DNA of 64,000 nucleotides. Origin: Macrostomum hystrix. Taxonomy: Eukaryota; Animalia; Platyhelminthes. The notes under the pieces were generated by a model, which made no database searches, had not been told where the DNA came from, and saw only the letters and a list, made by a program, of their open reading frames with translations. This document shows, piece after piece, positions 12,463-24,290 of the stretch; position 1 is the first letter of the stretch, and each line of letters begins with the position of its first letter. A program made the translations under genes and the position numbers. Location: NCBI GenBank assembly GCA_950097015.1, contig CATNEN010000024.1:5394001-5458000 (forward strand), in the 5' to 3' direction.

Positions 12463-13000
12463 TATTCTCTCCTCCTACCCCGCCTTCTCTTCTCTGTCCT
12501 CCTACCCTGTCTTCTCTCCTCTATCTTCCTACCCTGTCTTCTCTCCTCTGTCCTCCTACCCTGTCTTCTCTCCTCTGTCCTCCTACCCTGTCTTCTCTTC
12601 TCTGTCCTCCTACCCTGTCTTCTGTCCTCTATCCTCCTACCCTGTCTTCTCTCCTCTGTCCTCCTACCCTGTCTTCTCTCCTCTGTCCTCCTACCCTGTC
12701 TTCTCTCCTCTGTCCTCCTACCCTGTCTTCTCTCCTCTGTCCTCTTACACTGTCTTCTCTCCTCTATCCTCCTACCCTGTCTTCTCTTCTCTGTCCTCCT
12801 ACCCTGTCTTCTCTCCTCTGTCCTCCTACCCTGTCTTCTGTCCTCTATCCTCCTACCCTGTCTTCTCTCCTCTGTCCTCCTACCCTGTCTTCTCTCCTCT
12901 GTCCTCCTAACCTGTCTTCTCTTCTCTGTCCTCTTACACTGTCTTCTCTCCTCTGTCCTCCTACCCTGTCTTCTCTCCTCTGTCCTCCTACCCTGTCATC
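12463..13000. repeat. 27-bp pyrimidine-rich minisatellite (CTCTCCTCTGTCCTCCTACCCTGTCTT), ~20 copies
   Basis: Directly visible tandem array. Confidence 0.97.
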
Positions 13001-13837
13001 TCTTGTTTTTCCGCCTTCTCTCCTCCCACCCTGTCTTCTTTCGCATTTCCCGGTCGTCTCTCCTCATTTACTATCCTTATTGACGATTTTTAATGCAATC
13101 AACAGAAAAGTACAAGTTTAGCATTTATATGCAAAGCAGTTTGAAAACCTCATTGAGAGCTAGGAATTTTTACTGCAACTGTCTCTCAGTTTGCACTCTT
13201 TTCAATACTGGTAAGAGGATAAGACTGGGATTGGAATGTCATTGTTCTAATCTGTTTTAAGCGAAGCAATCTGAATTTGTTAAAAATTGTTCTATCAAAA
13301 GCACAGGGAAACTCCACTCCGGGTCTGTACAGCATTTAGATTCTCGAATGCCTTTTTATTTTGTGATAAGGGATTCTAGAGTCTCTCGCCTTCTCGCCGC
13401 GCTGCCGCCAAATCAATTTTGACGCACACCCTTACCTCGCAAGTTGAGCTTGCATGCTGCGGACACGAGCCCAGCTGATCCGTGCCTTTGGGCCGATATA
13501 TCCGCTTGACAGTCGCACGCGCACGCTCTAGCAGACACTCGCCACAATGCTCCCTACTGAGCTGGCCCCCTCAATTATTTCAACCTCGGGGGGACAGACA
13601 ATCGCTGTCTTCAAACGGGTACAATTCAGTAGCCGAAGCAGTTTTCTGCGTGTCCCCTCTCCAGCAGGCCAGCGAATCGGCTCGCTTTGTCGGACTAAGG
13701 CAGTTCTGCAAAAAGAATGCGAAAATGGTTTTCCTCTAGTCGTGACGCAAAAGACTCGTATCGCACAGTCAAGCATTGCTTCTAAATGCGGGCTTATTCT
13801 GATCGTCTGTGATCTGGAAACTCAAAATATAGTTGGC

Positions 13838-15313
13838 ATGGCAACAGGTGCAGCTTCATTGCAGCTGGACGACTGTCTGGCCTGCTGCGTTGAAACCTGC
13901 ATCGACAGCCTCCTGCAGGAGACGGAGCAGTCCGAGTCCGTTCAGCACCCGTACTCCTCGGCGATGGAGTGCGAAACCATAACAAGCAGCTCGGATGAGG
14001 ATTGTTCGGATATTGCGGACAGAACTGCCAGCGAAGATGCTGAGAGCAGGCTGGTCAGAATAGGGGCCAATCTCAACTGGCTGATGGAGCAGAAGGTACT
14101 AAATATGGTACTAAATACTACTTGTATGATACTCGCAGTAATAACTTCCAGGAGGGCTGCTGGCAATGGCACATCATTTGGTGACACCAGACCCGCAGCC
14201 AGCGAGGAGGCAATTCTGCCAATTCCGCTGACTCCTGAGCACACAGGCACACAGGTGATGTGTACACCTGCCCTGACTTTCTCATCATCAGGCACTGTAC
14301 ACTCTCACTGTGCCTTGGAGGTTGGTCCTCAAGGGCGTAAATTGCAAGACAAGGTTTCAACCCAAATAAATGTGGCTTCGCCGTGGACTCAGGGACCTTG
14401 GTGCGAGATGCAAGCGGGTCAGACCGCTCTGCCAGACCCCCGCGGTGTCTACTAGCCTAGGCGTAGCTGCTTTGTCTTCAATAGGTTGCACCAGCTTATC
14501 ATAAACACGCTCATCAGCCCTGAAAAGTACACTTGGCCAGTCACTGGCTGCGTGGTGTATCTCTGTTAAAGTGCTGTCTGTTCATGCAGCACATGCAACT
14601 CATTCAACTCTGCTATTTAACTCACAGCGCCTGCTAAGTGCCAGAGGAGCCGACCTGCTGTATCAGCTGCGAGCCTGCAGCCAGCTGGCGGGCCAGATCC
14701 GGGCTATGCACACCGCCGCAGCTGCCGCAGATGAATTCGTGGACACCCCTGGAAACACCAACGCCGACTCGATTGGCGCGTCGCCAAGGACAGACGAGCG
14801 CATCCAGGAGATAAGCGAAGATGCTCAGCTCAAGCCACCACAGCAGGTCATAAAGCAGCGGCCTCATCAGCCGCAGAACCAGCGGCAGTCCCAGCAGCCG
14901 TTGGGCCAGCCGCACCCTCACCGAGTTCGTCAACAACCGCAGCCGGTGAGGCTACATCATCAGCCTCAGCAGCCGCCAGTCAGGTGATGTTGGGCTCAGA
15001 GCTTGCCGACCAAGCGGATTTTATCTTGATTCTATTGAACTTCAATCCTATACAATAAGCTTAGATAGAAAATAGCTAACAAAATATTTTTCTTTCTTTA
15101 GACTGTCTCTGCCTCCTCCCCGGACTGTGGGCGGTCTGTCCTCTCCAGGTGTTGGCTGGCCCAGTCAGCAGCCGCAGCTGCCTACGCCGACAAGGTGCGA
15201 ATGAACAGCTAGACTCGTTCTGCCCACAAACTAACGATTTAGATCGGCAATATAAATATCCAGTGCCGTTATCCCATTTAAATTTACCTCAGGGCCATGA
15301 ACCAGAGGCTTTC

Positions 15314-15367
<54 letters not shown>

Positions 15368-15668
15368 CAGGTGGCACCGCACCGAGTCGACAATCATTGC
15401 AAGCGAAGGCAGTGGTCGCCGGCTAAGCCGCTCGCCGCACCAGGTCGTGGCTGTGAATGGCACCAGCGCCGACTACCTGTGGCGTCGGAGTCACCTGCAG
15501 CCGCCATGCCAATCAGCAACCGCGGCAGATGGGCAGCCTCGGGTGCAGCTGTTTCTGCGGTTCAGCGGCGGCTCCAAGGACTTCGCTCGAGCTCCTTGCC
15601 CGCCAGATGTCAGGCGGTCAACTGGTGTCATCGGGGGTGTCGGCTGCGCGATTCGAACTGTTGTGTAA
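13838..15668 (+). CDS. Uncharacterised Q/P-rich protein; join(13838..14095,14628..14983,15102..15194,15293..15668), ~360 aa
   Basis: Four GC-rich exons joined by GT-AG introns with consistent phases 0, 2, 2. Contains a (CAG)17 tract. An in-frame upstream ATG at 13547 could extend the N-terminus. No family recognised. Confidence 0.7.
14140..14441 (-). mobile_element. SINE family A (intron 1 of the uncharacterised gene)
   Basis: Reverse-complement match to family A, including the 3' GCTGCGGG/CCAGCAGC hairpin and the head. Confidence 0.85.
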
Positions 15669-15852
15669 TTTTTTACCCCGGATGCACTTTCGCTTCATTT
15701 GCGCAAATTAACTTTTTTCTTTCTATTCGCTTCTGCTGTTTTAATGAAAGTTCATCTTCAGTCGTCTTTAGTGGCTCTGTTTATTACGATCCTTTTTTCG
15801 CGTCCTTAAAGTCAGCTACGAGTAAAAACTACGAGCTATCTTTGCTTGTTGA

Positions 15853-16307
15853 GACCCAGTCAGTAATGAATTCGCCCCACCACCCCTGACCCTCAGTCAG
15901 TAATGAATTCGCCACAGCACCCCTGACCCTCAATCAGTAATGAATTCGCCCAGCCACCCCTGACCCTCAGTCAGTAATGAATTTACCCCACCACCCCTGA
16001 CCCTCAGTCAGTAATGAATTCGCCCCACCACCCCTGACCCTCAGTCAGTAATGAATTCGCCCCACCACCCCTGACCCTCAGTCAGCAATGAATTCGCCTC
16101 ACCACCCCTGACCCTCAGTCAGTAATGAATTCGCCCCACCACCCTGACCCTCAGTCAGTAATGAATTCGCCCCACCACCCCTGACCCTCAGTCAGTAATG
16201 AATTCGCCCCACCACCCCTGACCCTCAGTCAGTAATGAATTCGCCCCACCACCCCTGACCCTCAATCAGTAATGAATTCGCCCCACCACCCCTGACCCTC
16301 AGTCAGT
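15853..16307. repeat. 37-bp minisatellite (GACCCTCAGTCAGTAATGAATTCGCCCCACCACCCCT), ~12 copies
   Basis: Directly visible; one EcoRI site per unit in most copies. Confidence 0.97.
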
Positions 16308-17169
16308 CCGAAATTCGCAGCTTCGTAGACAATTTAATGTGTTTTGCTTATTTTTTGCTTTGCTTAATTGTTGTTTTGCCGAACTATACTGCTTAGGGCA
16401 GGCAGTAATGTAACGCAGATTTTAAAACTCTTCTTTTTGAACTCAACTACCTTTATTACCATGAGTAGTATGTTTAAGTACGAACGTGTATTGAGTACCT
16501 TGCATATATGTAGAAAAGCAATTCCACAACCTCATTTGAATTAGGACCTTACTTTTTTTGCCATTGCTAGAGAACTATGAGCAATTAGTCAATGGACAGT
16601 TCCAGAAAAATCTTATTTTTACTCGCGATTAACCTTCAGTGAATTATATTAACACGAGCCGTGTTAAGCAGTATACTGGCGTGATTGAGCGAAATAATAA
16701 TTTATTTCTAAAATATATAACTATAACAATACTATCTAGAACAGTAGTAGACAGTATATGTTGCGATCACAACTTTTTTAAAGCAAATTAAGCGCAGAAT
16801 AATCTAGAAACAAATACAGTGGGTGGCACTTTTCAAAACCTTTTTGTCGGCGATTCTCAAACTGGAAGTGCGGCGAGTGTCTTCAGTGCAATGTCCAGCA
16901 ATTGTCTCGTAATTTATGACCTGTGGAAGTATGCAGGAAGCTAATTATACAAGTATATCCTTAATCTATGAGTAGATCGAAAAGCATAGACATTTTATAT
17001 GTACTTCTCTGGCTTTATTGATGTCTAGCAAGTTCTACGAACCTATTAACTAGAAAAGAGGCTACAGGAAATTTCTAGAATTCTAAAAGCACAGCCTTTT
17101 CTATTTTTTCTATTTCAACAGTTAACTAGGCCACTAACGAGCTTGTCTTTGTTGGCTGAGCAGTTCGGC

Positions 17170-17676
17170 TCACAGATAGCGGCCATAGTACGGCCTGCCG
17201 TAGGTCCCAACGAAGTCGTCCGTCAGTGAGGGGGTTCGCCTCCGCCTACGCCGTTGAGCATCGTCGCCGCTGTCGCTGTACTTACGCATACCCTCGGCGT
17301 AGCCGCGCAGGTAGTCGCCATAAAAATCGGCCTCGCTATAGTAGCTGTCATACCAAGGCCGGTAGCGCCTGTAGTCCCCGTAGTAATAGTTGTAGTAGAA
17401 GCCGTAGGGATAATCCGCATAGGAGTAGCGCGGCCAGCCCAGCCAGTAGCGACTCCGGTAGGTCGGGTAGCCCAGCTGTGGCGGGTCCAGATAGTAGGGC
17501 CAGCGCCTGTACGCACCGTAGTGCTTGGTGCAGCAGTAGGGAAAGCCCGTGAGGCTGCACTTGAAGTTCGACGTTGGCTCTGGGGAGAACAGCTCACTGC
17601 GCGAGTCTAGACGGTCAGCGGAGGCTGCACGCTTCATCCGCAGGCGGTTGTTGTTGCTTCTGTAATTGCTGGTCAT
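17170..17676 (-). CDS. Intronless Tyr/Arg/Gly-rich low-complexity protein, 168 aa
   Basis: ATG-to-TGA ORF in a GC-rich island within AT-rich DNA, with strong C/G-ending codon bias (TAC, GGC, CGC). 31 Tyr in 168 aa. TATA-like TATAAG ~50 bp upstream. Confidence 0.75.
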   Translation of the reverse strand: MTSNYRSNNNRLRMKRAASADRLDSRSELFSPEPTSNFKCSLTGFPYCCTKHYGAYRRWPYYLDPPQLGYPTYRSRYWLGWPRYSYADYPYGFYYNYYYGDYRRYRPWYDSYYSEADFYGDYLRGYAEGMRKYSDSGDDAQRRRRRRTPSLTDDFVGTYGRPYYGRYL

Positions 17677-19826
17677 GTCCGGGCGAGTGAAAATAATTTG
17701 ACTATATTGAACGTTGACTGGCCCTTATAATAAAGCCCTGGTCATTGCGTGCGAGTTGTTCTATGAACTCAGTTGAGCAGCGTCTCTCTCGCCCTCCGCA
17801 CTGGCAGCCAATCGGCATCCGCGGTGAGTTCGCGCATCGAGGAACCGGTTTAATCCGGTTCTCCATCTTTAAACACACTGTCAACTGTTAGCATCGGCTT
17901 GGTTATTGGAAATACTGAACGGCGAGGGGGGAGGCAGGAGGAGAATGGGATAGAGACGCTTCTGAGTCTGAAAGGGTAGAAAGGTAGGATGCTCAAGGGT
18001 AAACAGTGGACTCCTTATCCTGCCCTCACCTGCGCCTGCTGCAGGATTTCCAAACTAACCCCCGCTGTGTGGGCAAACACTACTTGCCCTTCGCCAGAGA
18101 GCACACATTGAGCACTCTGAGCACGCATTGATTATACGTTTCTTGCGAGGCCAACAACAATTAACGCGATTAGAATGCTGCGTTCTCCATGTTGGAAGGC
18201 CGGGTTGAATTCTCAATGAGAAACTGAGCACCGAGTGGCGCGTGGGCTCAAAATTCTAAAAACTAATTAAGGAATTGAGCACGATTAGCCTACACTACTC
18301 ACTCCTTCTAACTCTCACTCTCTCTCAGGTTCACGTCAATTAGCATTTTGGCATTAGCCTCCTGCGATAATGAAGTCCTTGCAGCTGAGTTATTCGTCTG
18401 CAAACAGATAAGAAAACTATTTAAGCCCTATTATTGTTCTCATGCTGGCGATAAAGCTTCATTTGTCTCTGCGATTCAATTAACCTGAGCAGAGCAATAG
18501 CAATGCACAGGTGGGTAGGTATTGTGAGTCGCTTTCACCTTTCACTTTGGCTGCCACGCAATTAGGAAGTTGGCTTAATGGGTTCTTATAAGGCCTGGTC
18601 AACATAACTGCCTGCTTGTGTGTGTGTGTGTGTGTGTGGTTGTAACTCCATTGTATTGGGAGTTAGTCGCAATGATTATCAGAACAGATGCGGTGTTAAC
18701 AAAGATGGTGTTACATTAAGTACATGACTGTCGAGAGCGAAATTAGCCAGCCGACGTTTGCCAGCCAATATTCGAGCTACGAACGTCTGTTAAGCGCGCA
18801 TTTCAGTTTTGTAGCTTGTACTTTACGTGTACTACTTACTGTTGTATTATTGTTCTTAACATTTTTCGGCAGAATACGACTGTTGAATTCCTGCGTTACT
18901 CATTCTACAATTTCCTAGAATTACACTTCAATTATGACGTGAGGAGAGCAGGGATTACTGCACTTTCACTTGTACTTTTATACGAGAATCTTAGTATGGA
19001 ATATCAAGACTGTCACAAATGATTAAACTCGCATTTTTATCACAAACTAGCAGTACAATACAACTAGGTAGTTTGCAAATAAAGGATAGCCAAGATCAAG
19101 CAGTAAAAATAATTAATTCGTCCATAGGAAGCGCAAGTTAAACAGTCTCCTTCATTAAAATTAATCTGGAGAAGAACTCAGCAGGAAGTTTTGTATCATT
19201 GGTCTTGCGGCGCATTTATACTACTGACGCCAGTAGCACAACTTGAACGATTTAGAACATTTGCAGCACCAATCATATACGAGCTGATAGACCGATTGGC
19301 TTCCAAGCCGTCAGCAATATGCGAGAGTTCGGTGCTTCAACTCTGAACACCTAATTGTTACAATTGGTAACTGAACATGACAGGCAAGAATAAAAAACAA
19401 GACAGAAGAACCAACTAACAGCTTTTTGAATCTCATTAACACTACGGAATCTCATGACATTGATTCAACCTAGACTTGTAATAATTGAGAGTACGAAATA
19501 TAGCTCTCTCATGTTCATTTCGCGATTTCGCGATTATAAAACTATCTGATAAAACAAGGTAATTTGACGATAATTTTACGAGCAGCATGAAGTTTTTTAC
19601 TGGAATAAATTTTCAATTAGATTATAGCGCGTACTAATAATTTACTGAAGCATTTGGGTCAGTTTAAAGGAATCAAAAGAGCATGTTCGGAGAGTCCCTA
19701 TATAAACATCGGAAATACGTTAATGTGAAGTTTCTTGGAATTCGCACCAATTCAAACATTTCAATTTCTATGAAGGCAGGCGCAGAATTTTGCAACATGA
19801 AAGAGCACGTGGCCGACTTTAAGAGC

Positions 19827-22800
19827 TCATGTCGACCGGGGCAGCCAAAGCCGCTTGACTTCCTTCGCCTGAGCGGCAATCTTCTCGGGCTCCGAGGCTG
19901 CCAAGCAGGCGGACGCGCAGGCGGCGATACAGCTGACCAGGCTGCGGCCGCAGCAGGCGCCCAGGCAGCTGGGCAGATAGGTCAGGAAGCTCTCAGGATT
20001 GCCAACGGCCCGACGCAGCTGGCCCTGGTAAAAAGTCCTCCAGGCCTGCTCGAGTGCATCGCCGTTTGCTGTGGTGTCCTCGGCGAAGGCGAACAGCGTG
20101 ACAATGCAGGCAGCCAAGGAGGCGGAGTCGGCGGCCTGGCCCTCTGAGGCCAGCAGGTAGGTTGGGTCGGGTATGGCTACTGTGCAAGGGCTGTCGGCTT
20201 CTGTCTCTGAGCCTGGAGGGCCGCTGGCAATCTGCGAGTGATGCATCGTGTGTAATTGATAGACTACACCAGAGCGTCTGAGGTGCTTGGACAGATAGTC
20301 AGGCACTCTCTAGTTTTGAACTCATCAACTAGTGACTTGAGCAAACCAAGCTTTCTCTAGAATACAGAGGGTTAGAGTAGAAGCAGAGAGAATGTTACGA
20401 TTCGTCGGGAAATCGCCAAGTCTAGCCCATATAGATTACTGCAGGTTGCAGCCTTGTGGTTAGAGCGTCGGACTCACGACTTGAATGTCGGGGGTTCGAT
20501 TCCCGACCCCATTGGAACAATTTGTGACCTTTAGCAAGACACTTAAACTCTGAATGGGTACCAGCATTAGCTGGGGTAATTGAGGGTGGGTGTGGCGTCC
20601 CTCAGTCCATGGACTGAACAGCCGTACACAGACTTCAGATGCGCCGCGCAATAGCTGCGGCTGTGCTGTCGGCTGCACATCTGGCCCAATCAGGACAGGT
20701 GTAATCTATTATTATTATTATTACAATTATTATAATTATTTCTTTTATTTTTATTTTTTTGATTTTATTTTTACTTTTATTGAAGAGCCTGATGCCAGCG
20801 CAGACCATTGACTTACCAGCACATTGGCGGGGCTGTAGTCCAGTGGCCGATAGTGGCAGCTCGCTGACTGCACCTTGGCGTAGCACATCAGCAGGCTGTG
20901 CAGCCATACCAGCCTATCGGACTCGGAGATCGAGCTCGGCTGGAGCTCGGCCAGGCTGCGAAAGCCTGCTCCACGGTTGACAACGGATAGCAGAAGCCGG
21001 CCATCGGGACTGCCAGTGTCCGCAGCCACACTGGAGCTGCCGTAGCTGAAGCCCTCTTGACACAACCAGCTGAACTGCACACAATCCGGCAGATTGCTCC
21101 TGGCAGGTTGGAGGAGTTGTAACTCGAGATTGAGCAATGTAAGTTAAGAATTGTCTTATCAACTGAGCATTCGACGTTCATCGAAGTTCACCTGAGTCGG
21201 ATAGCGCTTTGGGCGAATCGCTTGAGACAGTCGGAAGGCAACCGGAGGCTGCGGCAGAGCAGCTCAGTCGGCCAGCCGCCACTAATCCTCGGTCTGAGCT
21301 CGTGGCGACTCCGCTCGCTAAGCTGGGGACAGCCAGGCAGGCTTGTGAGCTGGCAGTGCTGGCTCAACCTTTCACCTGGTTTGTGAATTAAAATTCATTG
21401 TTAATTAGACTGTTTCGTCATTCCACGAGTATTTATCGTGCGAGTACAGGAAATAGCGAACTTCTCACATGGTCCGAGTAAGTGCTTGCTTTATCTGACT
21501 AATATACGATATCAGCTGTTTAAGTATGTGATCAAATCCATAAAAACGGTATTTACTCGTACATTTGTTTACATAGATCCTAGCAATATCTCAAGGCCCG
21601 AACGCCAATACTCACGTTCCCCATTGTCAAAGGAGGCTGTCCAGTCAAGCTCAGTGGCCAGGCCATCGAGATAAAAGTGCAATACTGTCATCTTACGCTT
21701 CAGTGGCTTCAGTCGCTGCAGTTTATCGGCCTGGTGGCCTGTACACTGCTGCAGGTCTCTTAGCTGCGCCTCTAAACGTTTCTCAATATCTTCTTTCTTC
21801 TCTCGCATCCTGGCGCAATAGACGTTTATCACATGTTCAATCAGGGCTGTTAGTTCAACACTGGACAGGAAATAGTCGAGCAATCGGCTCCGCTTGTCAG
21901 GTGTCTTATCATTGAGAATGTTGGCGAACTCAGGACTGGCTAACAAGCATGGTAGGGCCTCGCGCATCCCGTTAGCAATGTGGCTGGCGCACAGCTCGCT
22001 GAACTCGGAGTCGTTAGGCTCGAAGACGCTCGCAATGATGGCCAAGTCGTTTTTGCAATCCTCCAGAGAATCTGACAGTCCGTCCAGAATGTTGGCGGTT
22101 GCCTGGCGCAAAATGAGGCCGACAAAGGCCTGCTTGTAGCCGGACTTCAGTTTAGCACCAAGATGGCTGGCTACGGCATCTTTAAAGTTGCACAGAAGCC
22201 GGACAGCCTGCAGGGCTGCCTGACTGCCATGACTGCGGTCCTTCTTTAGCCTTCTGATGAGTTCCGCCTCGGCTCTGCGCATGGCAAGGTTTTCGTCCAC
22301 TTGAACTTCACTTCTAGCACCATCGCGCACGAACACAGCTTTCAACTGGTTCAGCTCGCTGTTTGGATCGCTCAGGTCCAGCATTGACTCATCGGAAGAA
22401 AGAGAGTGGAGAGATTTGGTGATCCTCTCGTAGCTGTCGTTAATGACGCGCAGTGCACGGGACATCAGCTCCATTGGTGTCTTGGCTAGCTGGGATTTAA
22501 GCGAGGCAGACAGCTTAAACACCAGCAGGTGGACGAAGGCCAGCATCATTTGACTCTTCATTGACGACATCGCTTCGCGCAATTGCTTCCAGCCGTTAGT
22601 GTAGATCAGTGCAGCAATGCGGGCCTCCAGTTCAAGGAAGTTGTCTAGGTAGGGCGCGTGCAACACGGTCTTCTTTAATAGGAAATGCTTCACTGATTTG
22701 GCCGACACACCGAGCAGAGCAATCTCGCTCTCGGTGCTGCCGCTTTGGTCGACGCAGCCGGGATGCATTTTGTGCATCTCATTTCTGACGCTCTTCATTC

Positions 22801-24290
22801 GCTTCAGTGTGTGATCCCTGCAGTATTCCGAGTACTCAAAGCCTTTCGAGCTATTCTTCAGGCACTCGATCACTGCCTCTGGATCGTCTGAATCAATATC
22901 TTCGTCCAAGTCCAGTTCAAGGTCGTTCTGGTCAATGAAAAAATTTTTTATATCGCCGTCGACTCGATTAGCGATGAAAATCTTCTGCAATGCACTGTGC
23001 TGCTCCATTAGGAACTTGATGTTCTCGCTGTCCTAAAATTTGGGAAGAGTTTGCTTACAATGGTGTCTAAGGTTTCGGGGCTCTGTATAAGCGTCCTAAT
23101 GTTCTCATCCATCTCATCTAATGGCCAGCCCAACGCAGGCACGCACTCACACAGGTGTGTACATCTGCCCCGACTTTCTCATTGTCAGATAGTGTACACT
23201 TTCACTGTGCCTTGGAGGTTGGCTCTAAAGCGGACAAAAATTGCATGACAAGCCCCGCCGCGGAATCGAGCTCCGGGACCTTGGTCTGAGAGGCAGACGC
23301 GTTAGACCGCTCTGCACTCACCCCCCAAGCCTCAACAGCGTTTTTAATAGCCAAATTTACGAGTATGACTGGGCCGCAAAACTCCATCACAACTGGTGGA
23401 GGGACACCAATGATTGCCGTCAGTCTGAGCGGCAGTCCCGGTCCCATCTACCCGCCCACGGAAGGTCCTTCTGAACCAGTAAGTCAAGCATTTTCTAGAT
23501 CTTGTTATTAAATTGCAATTTAACCAGCTAAACTGCTACACATTGCTATGAATGCAGTTGAACTCACAGGTATTGGCTGGTATCCAACTGTGCCGTCCAT
23601 CACGTAGATAACCACGGCGGATTCGACACTATTTAAAAAGCAGCGAACTGTCTCATTCATGCGGGCATCCTCGCCCATGCCAGGACTGTCCACTAGGTGC
23701 AGATTGTGCTGCAGCAGCTCGTTTGGCACCGAAATTCTAACCAATGTGCCCTCCTTCTGTTTATGCCTGTCGTCACCTTTCAGGTCGATGTGCTTTCTCA
23801 GTTCTAAGACGTCTTTAAAGGGAGTCTCTTCTAGTAGACTCTCGTCAGTCGAAACGTCAACAACCGACACTGTTTTGGCCTGACCGTAGCTAGCGGACGT
23901 GATTCTGGCAGTGCAGACATATTCGGCTGTGGGGAAAAGTCCGCCGGTCTGGCTTCCATTCGCGCTGTCAGGCCAGTCGCGCAGCAGCTGGTTCAGCAGT
24001 GTTGACTTGCCCGTGTTGCTGCGACCAAACACTATTAAGGATAGTTTGAGCTGGCGCTGGAGAGATCTGCCCACCTCATCCAGGTTGCTGATGTGCCAGT
24101 CATTATCCGTAGCTTCACTCTCAACCTTCAGTTGCTGCATAATTCTCTTGAGCTCGCCAAGGCACTCCATGAGGCGGAGGAAACGCGACTCTCTGTACTG
24201 CAGCGCCTCAACCAGGGTGCGTCTAGACGACTCAAATCGGAGCACGTAGGCCTCGATCTCCGGCTGCTGTTCACTCTGCGACGTCGCCAT
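19827..24290 (-). CDS. Dynamin-like GTPase + helical region + degenerate protein-kinase domain (DSTYK-like architecture); complement(join(19827..20309,20817..21099,21192..21375,21616..23032,23568..24290)), ~1029 aa
   Basis: G1 GRSNTGKS, G2 CTARIT, G3 DSPG, G4 NRVD. Four GT-AG introns with consistent phases 0, 1, 2, 0 give one 3090-nt ORF. The C-terminal exons have kinase-like spacing (LVWLHSLL..LDYSPANVL; PDPTYL..AADSASLAAC). Confidence 0.8.
20444..20745 (+). mobile_element. SINE family B (last intron of the GTPase-pseudokinase gene)
   Basis: Near-colinear with 11575..11890 but with part of the CORE-like segment deleted; ATT tail. Confidence 0.8.
23135..23325 (-). mobile_element. SINE family A, 3'-truncated (intron 1 of the GTPase-pseudokinase gene)
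   Basis: Matches the family A head and 5' body. Confidence 0.75.

Noticed and set aside
14096-14455. C-terminal part of the 302-aa ORF 13547..14455
   Set aside because: Intronic, antisense SINE A sequence after the AAG|GTACTA donor.
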